This document shows positions 1-7,940 of a stretch of 13,520 nt of DNA, in pieces. The stretch spans positions 1 through 13,520 of the forward strand of contig JAWOFX010000030.1 in NCBI GenBank assembly GCA_046497275.1, read 5' to 3'. The position numbers and the translations under genes are program-made. A model generated the notes under the pieces. The model was not told the DNA's origin, made no database searches, and worked only from the letters and a program-made list of their open reading frames with translations. Source of the stretch: Promethearchaeia archaeon (GTDB taxonomy: Archaea > Asgardarchaeota > Lokiarchaeia > Sigyniarchaeales > SOKP01). How positions within the stretch are numbered: the stretch's first letter is position 1; every line of letters starts with the position of its first letter.

Positions 1-216
1 CTAAGAATGCATATAACTCCAGTAGATGTGTGTTTTTATGTATTGGAAGGTGAAGGAATAGTCCAAATTGGTAAAGAAAAAAAATCAGTTCAAAAAGATC
101 AATTGATTTTTAGCCCAGCAAAAGTTCCACACCGATTAAGCAACGAATCTGATAAAATTTTCAGATTTTTAGTAATTAAAACTCCCACTCCCACAGAAGA
201 AACTAAAAAATTATAA
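1..216 (+). CDS. Cupin domain protein, 5'-truncated by the window edge
   Basis: Frame 1 is open from base 1 (cta aga atg cat...). Cupin motif 1 (H-x-TPVDVCFYVLEGEG) and motif 2 (LIFSPAKVPHRLSN) are present. The ATG at 7 lies at the start of motif 1, so the true start is probably upstream. Confidence 0.85.
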   Translation, partial: LRMHITPVDVCFYVLEGEGIVQIGKEKKSVQKDQLIFSPAKVPHRLSNESDKIFRFLVIKTPTPTEETKKL

Positions 217-225
217 TTTTTTTTT
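217..225 (+). terminator. Oligo-T tract (T9), putative archaeal intrinsic terminator
   Basis: Nine Ts immediately follow the cupin TAA stop (214-216). Archaeal terminators are oligo-U tracts, but AT-rich DNA produces such runs by chance. Confidence 0.45.
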
Positions 226-301
226 ATTTATTAGATCAATTTATGCTAAAAGTCTAAAACTTATTCTATTTTGAATATAATATAGCAATCTACTAGGATT
301 T

Positions 302-306
302 GGTGA
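302..306 (+). promoter_or_regulatory. Shine-Dalgarno site GGTGA
   Basis: GGTGA lies 9 nt upstream of the ATG at 316 and is a typical archaeal SD core. Confidence 0.6.
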
Positions 307-315
307 TTAATATAA

Positions 316-981
316 ATGGAGAAAGAAAAGAATGAAAAGCAAACAGATATCGGTGTAGGTAAAAAAATATGTATTTGGCAAAATGTGGAGGAATGTGAAA
401 ATTGTAATTTAGATGAAGTATTATTTTGCCATCCAAAAACAAAATATTTGATTTATTTTGCCTTTCCTTTGTTTATAGGATTAATCCCTTTAATTTTAAT
501 CGTCATTTTCGCATTAATATCTTTACCCTTCAAACTTATATTTTTTATAAGTTGGGCGTTTTATGCTATGTTCTTTTTTAATATATGGGAAACACGAATT
601 TTATGTAATCATTGTCCATATTTTTCAAATGAATCTCAAAAAGTCCTTCATTGCCCGATTGATAAAGGTAAATATAAAGCCGGAACATATGATCCTGGAC
701 CATTAAGTTTATCTGAAAAAATTCAATTTGGCGTGGGAGGAATTTTATTGATGATCTTTCCGATACCTTTCTTAATAATTGCGGATTTATATTTAGCATT
801 GTTTATTTATGCAATTTCAATAGTTTTATGGATATTGAGTATTCAAAGTAATGTCTGTACGGATTGCGTTAATTTTGCATGTCCTCTCAATAGAGTACCA
901 AAAGATATAAAAAATAGGTTTATGGAGAAAAACCCGGTAATAAAGAAAGCTTGGGAAGAGAGAGGATATAAAATCGATTAA
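316..981 (+). CDS. Cys-rich integral membrane protein of unknown function (about 4 TM, three Cys clusters)
   Basis: 221 aa with an SD site. Two hydrophobic hairpins (about aa 44-91 and 136-176) and Cys motifs C19/C27xxC30/C38, C97xxC100/H112-C113 and C181xxC184xxxxC189P. Confidence 0.8.
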   Translation: MEKEKNEKQTDIGVGKKICIWQNVEECENCNLDEVLFCHPKTKYLIYFAFPLFIGLIPLILIVIFALISLPFKLIFFISWAFYAMFFFNIWETRILCNHCPYFSNESQKVLHCPIDKGKYKAGTYDPGPLSLSEKIQFGVGGILLMIFPIPFLIIADLYLALFIYAISIVLWILSIQSNVCTDCVNFACPLNRVPKDIKNRFMEKNPVIKKAWEERGYKID

Positions 982-1024
982 AAATTGGGAAATTTATGAA
1001 ATAAAAAAAGGTGTCTCCATAATT

Positions 1025-1981
1025 TTAGAGAATGGAGATAAAAAGATTGATAATAAGAATCATAATAGTAAATCCTAATACTCCTGCGAGGAAATAGAGA
1101 GGATTTCCTTTTTCTTTTTCAGGTAAAACTTCTCTTACTATAGTGTAGAGTATTACTCCTGAAACGAAAGAAAACAATAAATATAATATTTCTAGATTTA
1201 TTGGGTAAAAAATGTCCACAATTAAGTCAACTATCATACCAATAATTGCCGCAGATGCTAAAATTATCTTTTGAGTTTTTGTTTCCTTATAATCTAACTG
1301 TATATCTAAGTCGGTAAATACAATATGTTTACTAATAAATTTACTTTGTATTATTGTTCTAAAAAGTGCAAAAAAATAGAAAAGGATAGCAGAAATAAGA
1401 TCTACTTGTATTAGATTGATTAATATAATTCCAATGAGGAAATGATACGTAAAACTAGTGAAAAATCGCAGATTCCCTAATTCTTCGTTAATATGATTAT
1501 GAATTTTTATCTTAAAAATTTCAATATCGGATCGGATTTCTTTTCCTTGCTCATTTAAGCTATTTAAAACACTTGCTAGATCTTTCAACGCGAACTCATC
1601 TAATTTCTCATGCATCAATTCTTCACTTATGATACTCTCTATATTATCTTCTACTGCTTCTAAATTATTTTCCATTCTGATAAGTTTTCTTACTTTTTGC
1701 TGGGATTTAGATTCCACTTTTTGTAATATTAACTTTTCAGAAACATGAATGAAAACAAATCCTATTAAGACAAATAAATATTCAAAAAGAGTTAAGTGGA
1801 GAGGATAATCAGGTAAACGCTCAGCAATTTCTGGCAATACTACTAAAAAAAAGTATGCTATTGAAATTCCCGCGATAAATGAAATTGGAAAACTGGGGAG
1901 ATTTTTATCATAATACTCCGAAATGAAAAAAGTTATTCCAAAAGCAAACGCAAGAATGATGAGTGAGAATTTTATTAACAT
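1025..1981 (-). CDS. ZIP (Zrt/Irt-like) family-related divalent metal transporter with large cytoplasmic insertion
   Basis: SFIAGISIAYFFLVVLPE (TM2), GFVFIHVSEK (TM3), His in TM4 (YHFLIG) and C-terminal SGVILYTIVREVLPE match the ZIP fold pattern as I recall it. About 8 TM segments. Substrate cannot be determined. Confidence 0.7.
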   Translation of the reverse strand: MLIKFSLIILAFAFGITFFISEYYDKNLPSFPISFIAGISIAYFFLVVLPEIAERLPDYPLHLTLFEYLFVLIGFVFIHVSEKLILQKVESKSQQKVRKLIRMENNLEAVEDNIESIISEELMHEKLDEFALKDLASVLNSLNEQGKEIRSDIEIFKIKIHNHINEELGNLRFFTSFTYHFLIGIILINLIQVDLISAILFYFFALFRTIIQSKFISKHIVFTDLDIQLDYKETKTQKIILASAAIIGMIVDLIVDIFYPINLEILYLLFSFVSGVILYTIVREVLPEKEKGNPLYFLAGVLGFTIMILIINLFISIL

Positions 1982-2065
1982 TTGCTAGATTAAATTTTTT
2001 ATTTAAAATTTGATCCTTAATAATTTATAGAATAAATTAATTTTAAGTTTACTTACGCTGATATA

Positions 2066-2113
2066 GAGATGGAAATTCAAGCTCATGAAGAGAGAATAAT
2101 AAATTTCCATTTC
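2066..2113. repeat. 12-bp imperfect inverted repeat with 24-nt spacer
   Basis: GAGATGGAAATT (2066-2077) versus AATTTCCATTTC (2102-2113; reverse complement GAAATGGAAATT), an 11/12 match. Confidence 0.6.
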
Positions 2114-2122
2114 AGATATAAG

Positions 2123-2135
2123 AAAAAAAGAAAAA
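2123..2135 (-). terminator. Oligo-T tracts downstream of the 7TM gene
   Basis: The minus strand reads TTTTTCTTTTTTT, starting 5 nt after the stop codon at 2141-2143. Confidence 0.45.
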
Positions 2136-2140
2136 TATTT

Positions 2141-2893
2141 CTAAGTTTGAGTTAAAATAAAATTTTTTACAAATTGAGGCATATTTAATCCAAAATAAAA
2201 TGTGATCACACAAAACACTAAAATTATCCTAGATGTCACTAATCCCCAAATATCAAACCATATATAAGGAATAAGGGACCCAACGGTAAATAATATAAAT
2301 GATATCATTAGGAACTTTCCTTTTAACTTACTTTCTGCTACTTCTGCTTTTAATGCTTTATAAGCAAATAATACCCCCGAAATTAAAGCAGTAAATATTG
2401 CTGATAAATAAAATATTGTGGTGATTAAGCCCCATTGATAGCTAAATGGACCTATATAATTACCGATATAGCTAAAATCATAGAAAGTGAAAAAGACCAA
2501 AAAGAATTCGAGTAAAATGTTAATAAAGCCAAAGAAAATTAATATAGATTTTCTCCTTTTTGAACCAAGTAATTTTGTGAACGCGAATAACCAAAACATT
2601 ATAGCTAACGGAGCATAGTAAGTCATAGTCAAAGAAACGATGATTGTAATGTTTAAATAAAACAATTGAGACAATGTGGGATTTATTAGATTCCCAATCA
2701 ATATTGAAGGAAACACAATTGCATCAGAAAACCATGGTCCAGCCAAGCCAAGCCAAGCTAAACCCACATAAAGATGTTCTGGAGATTTGTATTGAAAATA
2801 CCTAAGAATTATTAGAATTGCGATAATAACCGCTACAACTACAAAAAAGAGACTAAACAATCCTTGCATAATTTCTGAAATTTCTAAATTCAT
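2141..2893 (-). CDS. Stand-alone 7-transmembrane protein of unknown function
   Basis: 250 aa with seven hydrophobic segments (about aa 10-30, 41-66, 76-106, 117-138, 154-178, 194-213, 215-236). Basic loops follow TM1, TM3 and TM5. No soluble domain is attached. Confidence 0.8.
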   Translation of the reverse strand: MNLEISEIMQGLFSLFFVVVAVIIAILIILRYFQYKSPEHLYVGLAWLGLAGPWFSDAIVFPSILIGNLINPTLSQLFYLNITIIVSLTMTYYAPLAIMFWLFAFTKLLGSKRRKSILIFFGFINILLEFFLVFFTFYDFSYIGNYIGPFSYQWGLITTIFYLSAIFTALISGVLFAYKALKAEVAESKLKGKFLMISFILFTVGSLIPYIWFDIWGLVTSRIILVFCVITFYFGLNMPQFVKNFILTQT

Positions 2894-3035
2894 GATTCTC
2901 TCATCTTTTTAATTATTAGTGATTATAATATTTATGAAAATTCTTTTTATTAATTTTTCATGTTTTTTAGATTAATGAGGAGAAAAATAAAATTACTATT
3001 ATCAATTTTTATTAACCACTAATAATATTTTGCTT

Positions 3036-3986
3036 ATGAATGTTAATCAATTAGAGTTTAACCCTTTATCAGAAAAAAATATTCTACAAATCCATCAAAT
3101 GTGTGAGGAAAATGTAAGATCTGTTTCTCATTCTCTTAAAACGTTCCAAGAAACGACATTAGAAAGTGATTTATTTAATCCTCATCTGAGTATCGTAGTT
3201 TCAACAAAGCAGAAAGAATTGATTGCCTTTTTTCTGGTTGTTTTACGCAAATCTTTAATATTAAAAAGATTTAGAAAAGTAGCTGTATTGAAATTTTTTG
3301 TGGTTGATAAAAAGTGGAGAAATAAAGGGATTGGATCTTATTTACTTAATCTATTAACAGAACGAATCAAAAATTCGGATCATAAATCGTTCAGAATGAA
3401 ATTTGAAGTAATGTCTTCAATGCCCGATTATCTATTTCCTGGATTAAATCCCAAACATACAGAGGCATTCTATTTTCTTAGAAAACATGGGTTTAAGAAA
3501 GGAATAGAAAGGATTAACCTATGCATATCATTAGAAGATTTAGAATTAAATCAACCATCCTCACAAAAGAAAAGATTTCTTATATCTCGAGCAGAAAAAA
3601 AAGATCAAAATGAATTAACTAGTTTAAAATTTATGCCAAAAGAGGACCAACTTGGGTTTTGGTCGGAAGAAATTGCCCTTACATTTAAAAAGAAACCAAT
3701 AACTACTTTTATTGCAAAAGATTTGGATAAAAATAAAATAATTGGTTGGGCTTCACACTCTGTTCAATTTCCAGGAAGTTTTGGTCCAACAGGGGTTAAA
3801 AAAAGTGAAAGAGGGAAGGGAATAGGGACTCTACTTTTAAAATGGTGTTTATGGGATCTAAAAACTAATTATAGAATTAGTAGAGTAATCATAAATTGGG
3901 TTGAAATAGACAAAATATATTTTTATTCAAAATCAATTGGAGCACATATTTGTGAAGTATACTGGACAATGAAAAAAAGGTTTTAA
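3036..3986 (+). CDS. Tandem GNAT-family N-acetyltransferase
   Basis: Two acetyl-CoA-binding motif A copies: FVVDKKWRNKGIGSYLL and GSFGPTGVKKSERGKGIGTLLL. ATG 3036 is preferred over the in-frame TTG at 3030. Confidence 0.88.
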   Translation: MNVNQLEFNPLSEKNILQIHQMCEENVRSVSHSLKTFQETTLESDLFNPHLSIVVSTKQKELIAFFLVVLRKSLILKRFRKVAVLKFFVVDKKWRNKGIGSYLLNLLTERIKNSDHKSFRMKFEVMSSMPDYLFPGLNPKHTEAFYFLRKHGFKKGIERINLCISLEDLELNQPSSQKKRFLISRAEKKDQNELTSLKFMPKEDQLGFWSEEIALTFKKKPITTFIAKDLDKNKIIGWASHSVQFPGSFGPTGVKKSERGKGIGTLLLKWCLWDLKTNYRISRVIINWVEIDKIYFYSKSIGAHICEVYWTMKKRF

Positions 3987-4086
3987 TTCAAGAGTAATTA
4001 GATTTTAAAAATAGAATTTAATTTTTATAATTCATTATACAATCATAATCATTTATTTGGTTAATTTTTCTTAGGGAAAAATTGTA

Positions 4087-4995
4087 ATGAAAAATTTTTT
4101 AATCATTAGTTCGACAAAAGATAAGGCATCTCTTAATATTCGAGATAAACTATTAGGATCTAAATCCATTTCATTTGAACGCAGTATAGATAAATGGCAC
4201 AATAATGAATTATTTGAGTTAAAAAATATTAATCTGAAGGATGATAAATACCATCCGTTCTTACAAGAAAATAAAGTACTCTTGGGAATTACTAATAAAC
4301 GACTTATATTTTTGGACGATTTAAAATTAGAGGATTCTAATATTGACCCAGATATTCTTATTTTTGCGAGTAGACATGCGTCGAAAACAGGGCGTCCCTC
4401 ATTTTTAGTTCATACAACTGGAAATTGGGGTGGAGATATTAGATATGGAGGGAAAAAGAAAGAATTATCCTTAGCAAGTGCTTTGATGGTAAAAGCGGGG
4501 TATTTATCTCTTAAAGAAAAAGCAAATCCGAGAAATGTAAATAATTTTTCTATAGATTTGGAAGTATCTCATCATGGTCCCACAACGCTGGAGAGACCAC
4601 TCGTATTCATAGAATTAGGAAGTAAAGAAAGTCAATGGCATCATAATGAGGCAGGAATTGTAGTTGCTGAGGCAATTATCGAAACATTGATAAAATATAA
4701 GAAATATTCTCAAGAAAGTTCCCAGAAAATTGGTGTAGGATTTGGCGGCACTCATTATGCTCCTCAATTTCAAAAATTGATAAATGAAAATAACATCGCA
4801 ATTTCATATATTTGTCCTAAATATTATATTAAAAATTTAGATCAGGATCTTATAAAACAAATGATTAATAAAAACTTAGAACCAGTCGATTATTTTCTCT
4901 TAGATTGGTCCGGTATTAATTCTGATGGAAAAAAGCATTTACTTCCATTACTTGAAAAATTTAAAATTCCCATAAAGAAAATTAAGGATTTTTAA
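4087..4995 (+). CDS. dtdA: D-aminoacyl-tRNA deacylase, archaeal DTD2 type
   Basis: Family motifs IFASRH, VHTTGNW, EVSHHGPT, FIELGS and GFGGTHYAP, in a 302-aa protein. Confidence 0.93.
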   Translation: MKNFLIISSTKDKASLNIRDKLLGSKSISFERSIDKWHNNELFELKNINLKDDKYHPFLQENKVLLGITNKRLIFLDDLKLEDSNIDPDILIFASRHASKTGRPSFLVHTTGNWGGDIRYGGKKKELSLASALMVKAGYLSLKEKANPRNVNNFSIDLEVSHHGPTTLERPLVFIELGSKESQWHHNEAGIVVAEAIIETLIKYKKYSQESSQKIGVGFGGTHYAPQFQKLINENNIAISYICPKYYIKNLDQDLIKQMINKNLEPVDYFLLDWSGINSDGKKHLLPLLEKFKIPIKKIKDF

Positions 4996-5016
4996 AATTC
5001 TTTTATTTTTTAGTAG

Positions 5017-5877
5017 TTAATTCTTAATTTCTTCAAAATATTTTATTAGATTTTTAAAAACGTAATCCACAGGTCCAAAACCTTGAGTTGCGCATCTCGA
5101 AAGTATTTCTTCAAGTAATTCATGATTTTTAATTTGAGAAGAGGGAGTAATATTTAGTTCTCGTATATTATAGAAACTTCTCCAAAAGTTTGTAGGCCAA
5201 TTGATAAGAAGACTGAGGCTTTCGTTATATTTTTTTTGCCCCTCCTCGCTCAATTCAAGTCCATCTTCAATAGTGTAGTAATTCTCATCGTCTTTCTTTT
5301 CTATAGAAATTATTCCATCTTTTTCAATCTCTTTCATTTTTGATTGTATTGTTTCCATATCTAACTCATCATTGAATATTTTATTCATATTTTTCAATAT
5401 TTCTTCATCTTTCTGACTTTTTAGTTTAATCATTGTATAATTTCGGGCTAAAATATTATATTTGAGAGGAACAGTTTCATGATCTATTTTGTTATATTGT
5501 ATAAGATTGCCTAATATTTCCTTCGCGACTAAATATTTGATTTTAGTCTGATCTTCTTTAGAGTATTTAGTTTTGAAAATTTTGGAGCTAAAGTACTCAC
5601 CATAAAGGGCTTTTAAAAGATTTTTAATCGCATGGTATCCATCAGCAACAGCATTTGACATTATTTCCAATGTTTTTATGCGATAATCAATATCTGAGAG
5701 AAATTTATCTTTATCTAACGGAATTTGACGAATAAGGTGAGGCTTAACATCAATTTGACTTAAATATTCATTCCACTTCTGCTGAAAACGAAAATTCTGA
5801 GTTTTTGCAATCCCAACAAGCTTTCGTATTACATCATATAATCTCTCTAAGAAGAATTTTTCATTAATTTCTGTCAA
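5017..5877 (-). CDS. Hypothetical protein with a possible central winged helix-turn-helix
   Basis: 286-aa ORF with a TTG start preceded by AAGGGA. The segment DEEILKNMNKIFNDELDMETIQSKMKEIEKDGIISIEKKDDENYYTI has a helix-helix-'GII'-beta-hairpin pattern like a wHTH. Confidence 0.7.
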   Translation of the reverse strand: MTEINEKFFLERLYDVIRKLVGIAKTQNFRFQQKWNEYLSQIDVKPHLIRQIPLDKDKFLSDIDYRIKTLEIMSNAVADGYHAIKNLLKALYGEYFSSKIFKTKYSKEDQTKIKYLVAKEILGNLIQYNKIDHETVPLKYNILARNYTMIKLKSQKDEEILKNMNKIFNDELDMETIQSKMKEIEKDGIISIEKKDDENYYTIEDGLELSEEGQKKYNESLSLLINWPTNFWRSFYNIRELNITPSSQIKNHELLEEILSRCATQGFGPVDYVFKNLIKYFEEIKN

Positions 5878-5993
5878 TTTGTGAAATCCCTTTTGAATAA
5901 TAATCTATTTTAGAATTATTTTAACTTTAATCTTATTTAACATTTTTATTAAAATTTCGATAATATATGGATAAATGGAATCCGCTTTAAAAA

Positions 5994-7181
5994 TTATTTT
6001 AATGAATGCATAACTCCTAAAACTTTATCAACTTGTTTTTCGTTTATAACCAATGGAGGGAGAATCCTAATTGTGGTTAATCCGGCATTTAATAATAATA
6101 ATCTCATTTTTTGAGCCTTTTGGATAAGATCATTTATCCTTATTCTATAATCCACCCCAATCATCAACCCTTTTCCCCTCACTTCTCTTATTAACTTTTC
6201 TTCTTCAGCAAAATCAGTTAAATCATCTAAAAATCTTTTTCCTTGCTTCTCTGCGTTTTCAACAAGATTTTCCTCTTGAATTATCTCGATCACAGCATTT
6301 GCAGCCGCACAACAAAGGGGATTTCCTCCATATGTGGTATTATGTTCTCCAATTTGCATTTTTTCAAAGATTTCTTCCGAGGAAATCATTGCGCTCATAG
6401 GCATTCCACCTGCAATAGCTTTAGCCATGCATATTACGTCAGGAACAATATCATAATGTTCAAAGGCAAACATCTTTCCTGTTCTTCCAAATCCTGTTTG
6501 GACTTCATCATCTATAAGGAAAATATCATTATCTTCACAAATTTCTTTTAGTTCTCTTACAAAGTCATAAGGTGCAGGATAAACTCCACCTTCACCTTGT
6601 ACTAATTCAATAAATATTGCGATGGTATTTTCATTTATCAATTCTTTAACTGAATCAATATCACCATAGGATGCGAATTTTATATGGGGAGATAACCAAG
6701 ATAGAAATGCCTTTCTATATTTTATATTATGTGTCATCGCTAAAGAGCCCAAAGTTCGCCCATGGAATGCCCTCTTAAATGCTATTACCTCAGGCTTATT
6801 TTTTCCCCTATTATTGGCTAAAACCAGCTTCAAGGCTGCTTCTATTGCTTCAGTACCACTATTTCCTAAAAATGTTTGTTTTAAAGGTTTAGGGGTTATA
6901 TTTGCTAGTTTTTCTAATAGTTTGTATCTCACTTCAAGGGGATAGCTTGGAGGGACCATCGTTAATTTTTCTACTTGTTCTTGTACAGCCTTAATAAACT
7001 TGGGATGGGAGTGTCCTATATTAACGACGGCGTGACCTGCTACACAATCTATATATTCATTATCTTCCTCATCAAAAAGTATAGCTCCTTTACCCTTCTT
7101 TATAACAATATCTTTTTTGGGGAAAAGTTTGCTATGGAAAAATCGTTCGGCTTCTATATTATTTGTAAAATCCTTCTGCAT
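5994..7181 (-). CDS. lysJ: Class III PLP-dependent aminotransferase, LysJ/ArgD-like ([LysW]-aminoadipate semialdehyde / acetylornithine transaminase)
   Basis: YIDCVAG..VNIGHSHP, NSGTEAIEAALK, AFHGRTLGSL, VQGEGGV, DDEVQTGFGRTG, AK(PLP lysine)AIAGG and TTYGGNP. The T-H-N-I-K-Y-R stretch after FHGRT resembles LysJ, but lysJ versus argD cannot be settled from motifs alone. Confidence 0.8.
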   Translation of the reverse strand: MQKDFTNNIEAERFFHSKLFPKKDIVIKKGKGAILFDEEDNEYIDCVAGHAVVNIGHSHPKFIKAVQEQVEKLTMVPPSYPLEVRYKLLEKLANITPKPLKQTFLGNSGTEAIEAALKLVLANNRGKNKPEVIAFKRAFHGRTLGSLAMTHNIKYRKAFLSWLSPHIKFASYGDIDSVKELINENTIAIFIELVQGEGGVYPAPYDFVRELKEICEDNDIFLIDDEVQTGFGRTGKMFAFEHYDIVPDVICMAKAIAGGMPMSAMISSEEIFEKMQIGEHNTTYGGNPLCCAAANAVIEIIQEENLVENAEKQGKRFLDDLTDFAEEEKLIREVRGKGLMIGVDYRIRINDLIQKAQKMRLLLLNAGLTTIRILPPLVINEKQVDKVLGVMHSLK

Positions 7182-7478
7182 AATTGAGATTCACATTTTT
7201 TTCATATGAATATAATTTTTTAAGTTTTTTAAACCAATTAATTCTTATTTTTTTTTATAAGTTAGAACAAATTGAGATTTCATAATTATTAAAATAATTA
7301 TTAGATAGCATAAACAGTTCTGAGGAAAATCTAAAGAAAGAAATTTTATAAAATACTAGCAATTTTGTTGTATAATTAAAGTAATAAGTAATAAAAACGA
7401 TAAATAACAAAAGTTCTAACTCAATAGTTATATCAAATTAAATATAAATTTTAAAAATATTTACACAGAGAAAATATC

Positions 7479-7859
7479 ATGAGATTAATTCATTTTGCTG
7501 TAGCTTCAAATTCAGAAGAAGAAAGCGACAGATTTTTTATAACATTATTAAATCTTCAAAAAGCAAGAGATTTTTCTGTTCCTTCTAGATTAATGGAAAA
7601 ATTTTTTGAAGTTCAGAAAGAGCAAAGAATTATAAGTTATGAAAATGAGGATTTTGCAGCTGAGGTATTTATAACCGGGGATCAAAGTAAACGAAAAGAT
7701 CTTTTTACTCATGTTTGTTTAGAAGTAGAAAATAGAGATAAAATGGTTAATGAAGCGCAAGAATTGGGATTCAAGATAATCAAAGTTCCGAGAGAAAATA
7801 GTGAGGGGTATTACTTATTTATACAAGATGGTTTTGGAAATATTTATGAAATTAAGTAA
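7479..7859 (+). CDS. VOC (glyoxalase/bleomycin-resistance) family protein
   Basis: N-terminal IHFAV...SDRFF..LL, mid HVCLEV and C-terminal LFIQDGFGNIYEIK. The paired beta-alpha-beta-beta-beta modules carry H/H/E metal-ligand positions. Confidence 0.85.
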   Translation: MRLIHFAVASNSEEESDRFFITLLNLQKARDFSVPSRLMEKFFEVQKEQRIISYENEDFAAEVFITGDQSKRKDLFTHVCLEVENRDKMVNEAQELGFKIIKVPRENSEGYYLFIQDGFGNIYEIK

Positions 7860-7940
7860 TTTGAAATAAGGGGAATAACATAAATTTTTAAAACTGTTTT
7901 TTTATATAATTTCTTGAACTACTATTAGTTCCAGTAGGGG

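Noticed and set aside
578-799. 73-aa minus-strand ORF
   Set aside because: Antisense shadow of the 316..981 gene, with no recognisable motif.
2741-2758. (AGCCA)3+AGC pentanucleotide repeat inside the 7TM CDS as a phase-variation tract
   Set aside because: Only about 3.6 copies, explained by the peptide LAWLGLA; the frame is intact.
2141-2893. 7TM protein as a rhodopsin (schizo- or heliorhodopsin)
   Set aside because: TM7 has no Lys for the retinal Schiff base (it has Arg222), and no rhodopsin TM3 motif is visible.
6243-6551. 102-aa plus-strand ORF (and the 70-aa ORF at 6975..7187)
   Set aside because: Both are antisense to the well-supported aminotransferase and have no motifs.
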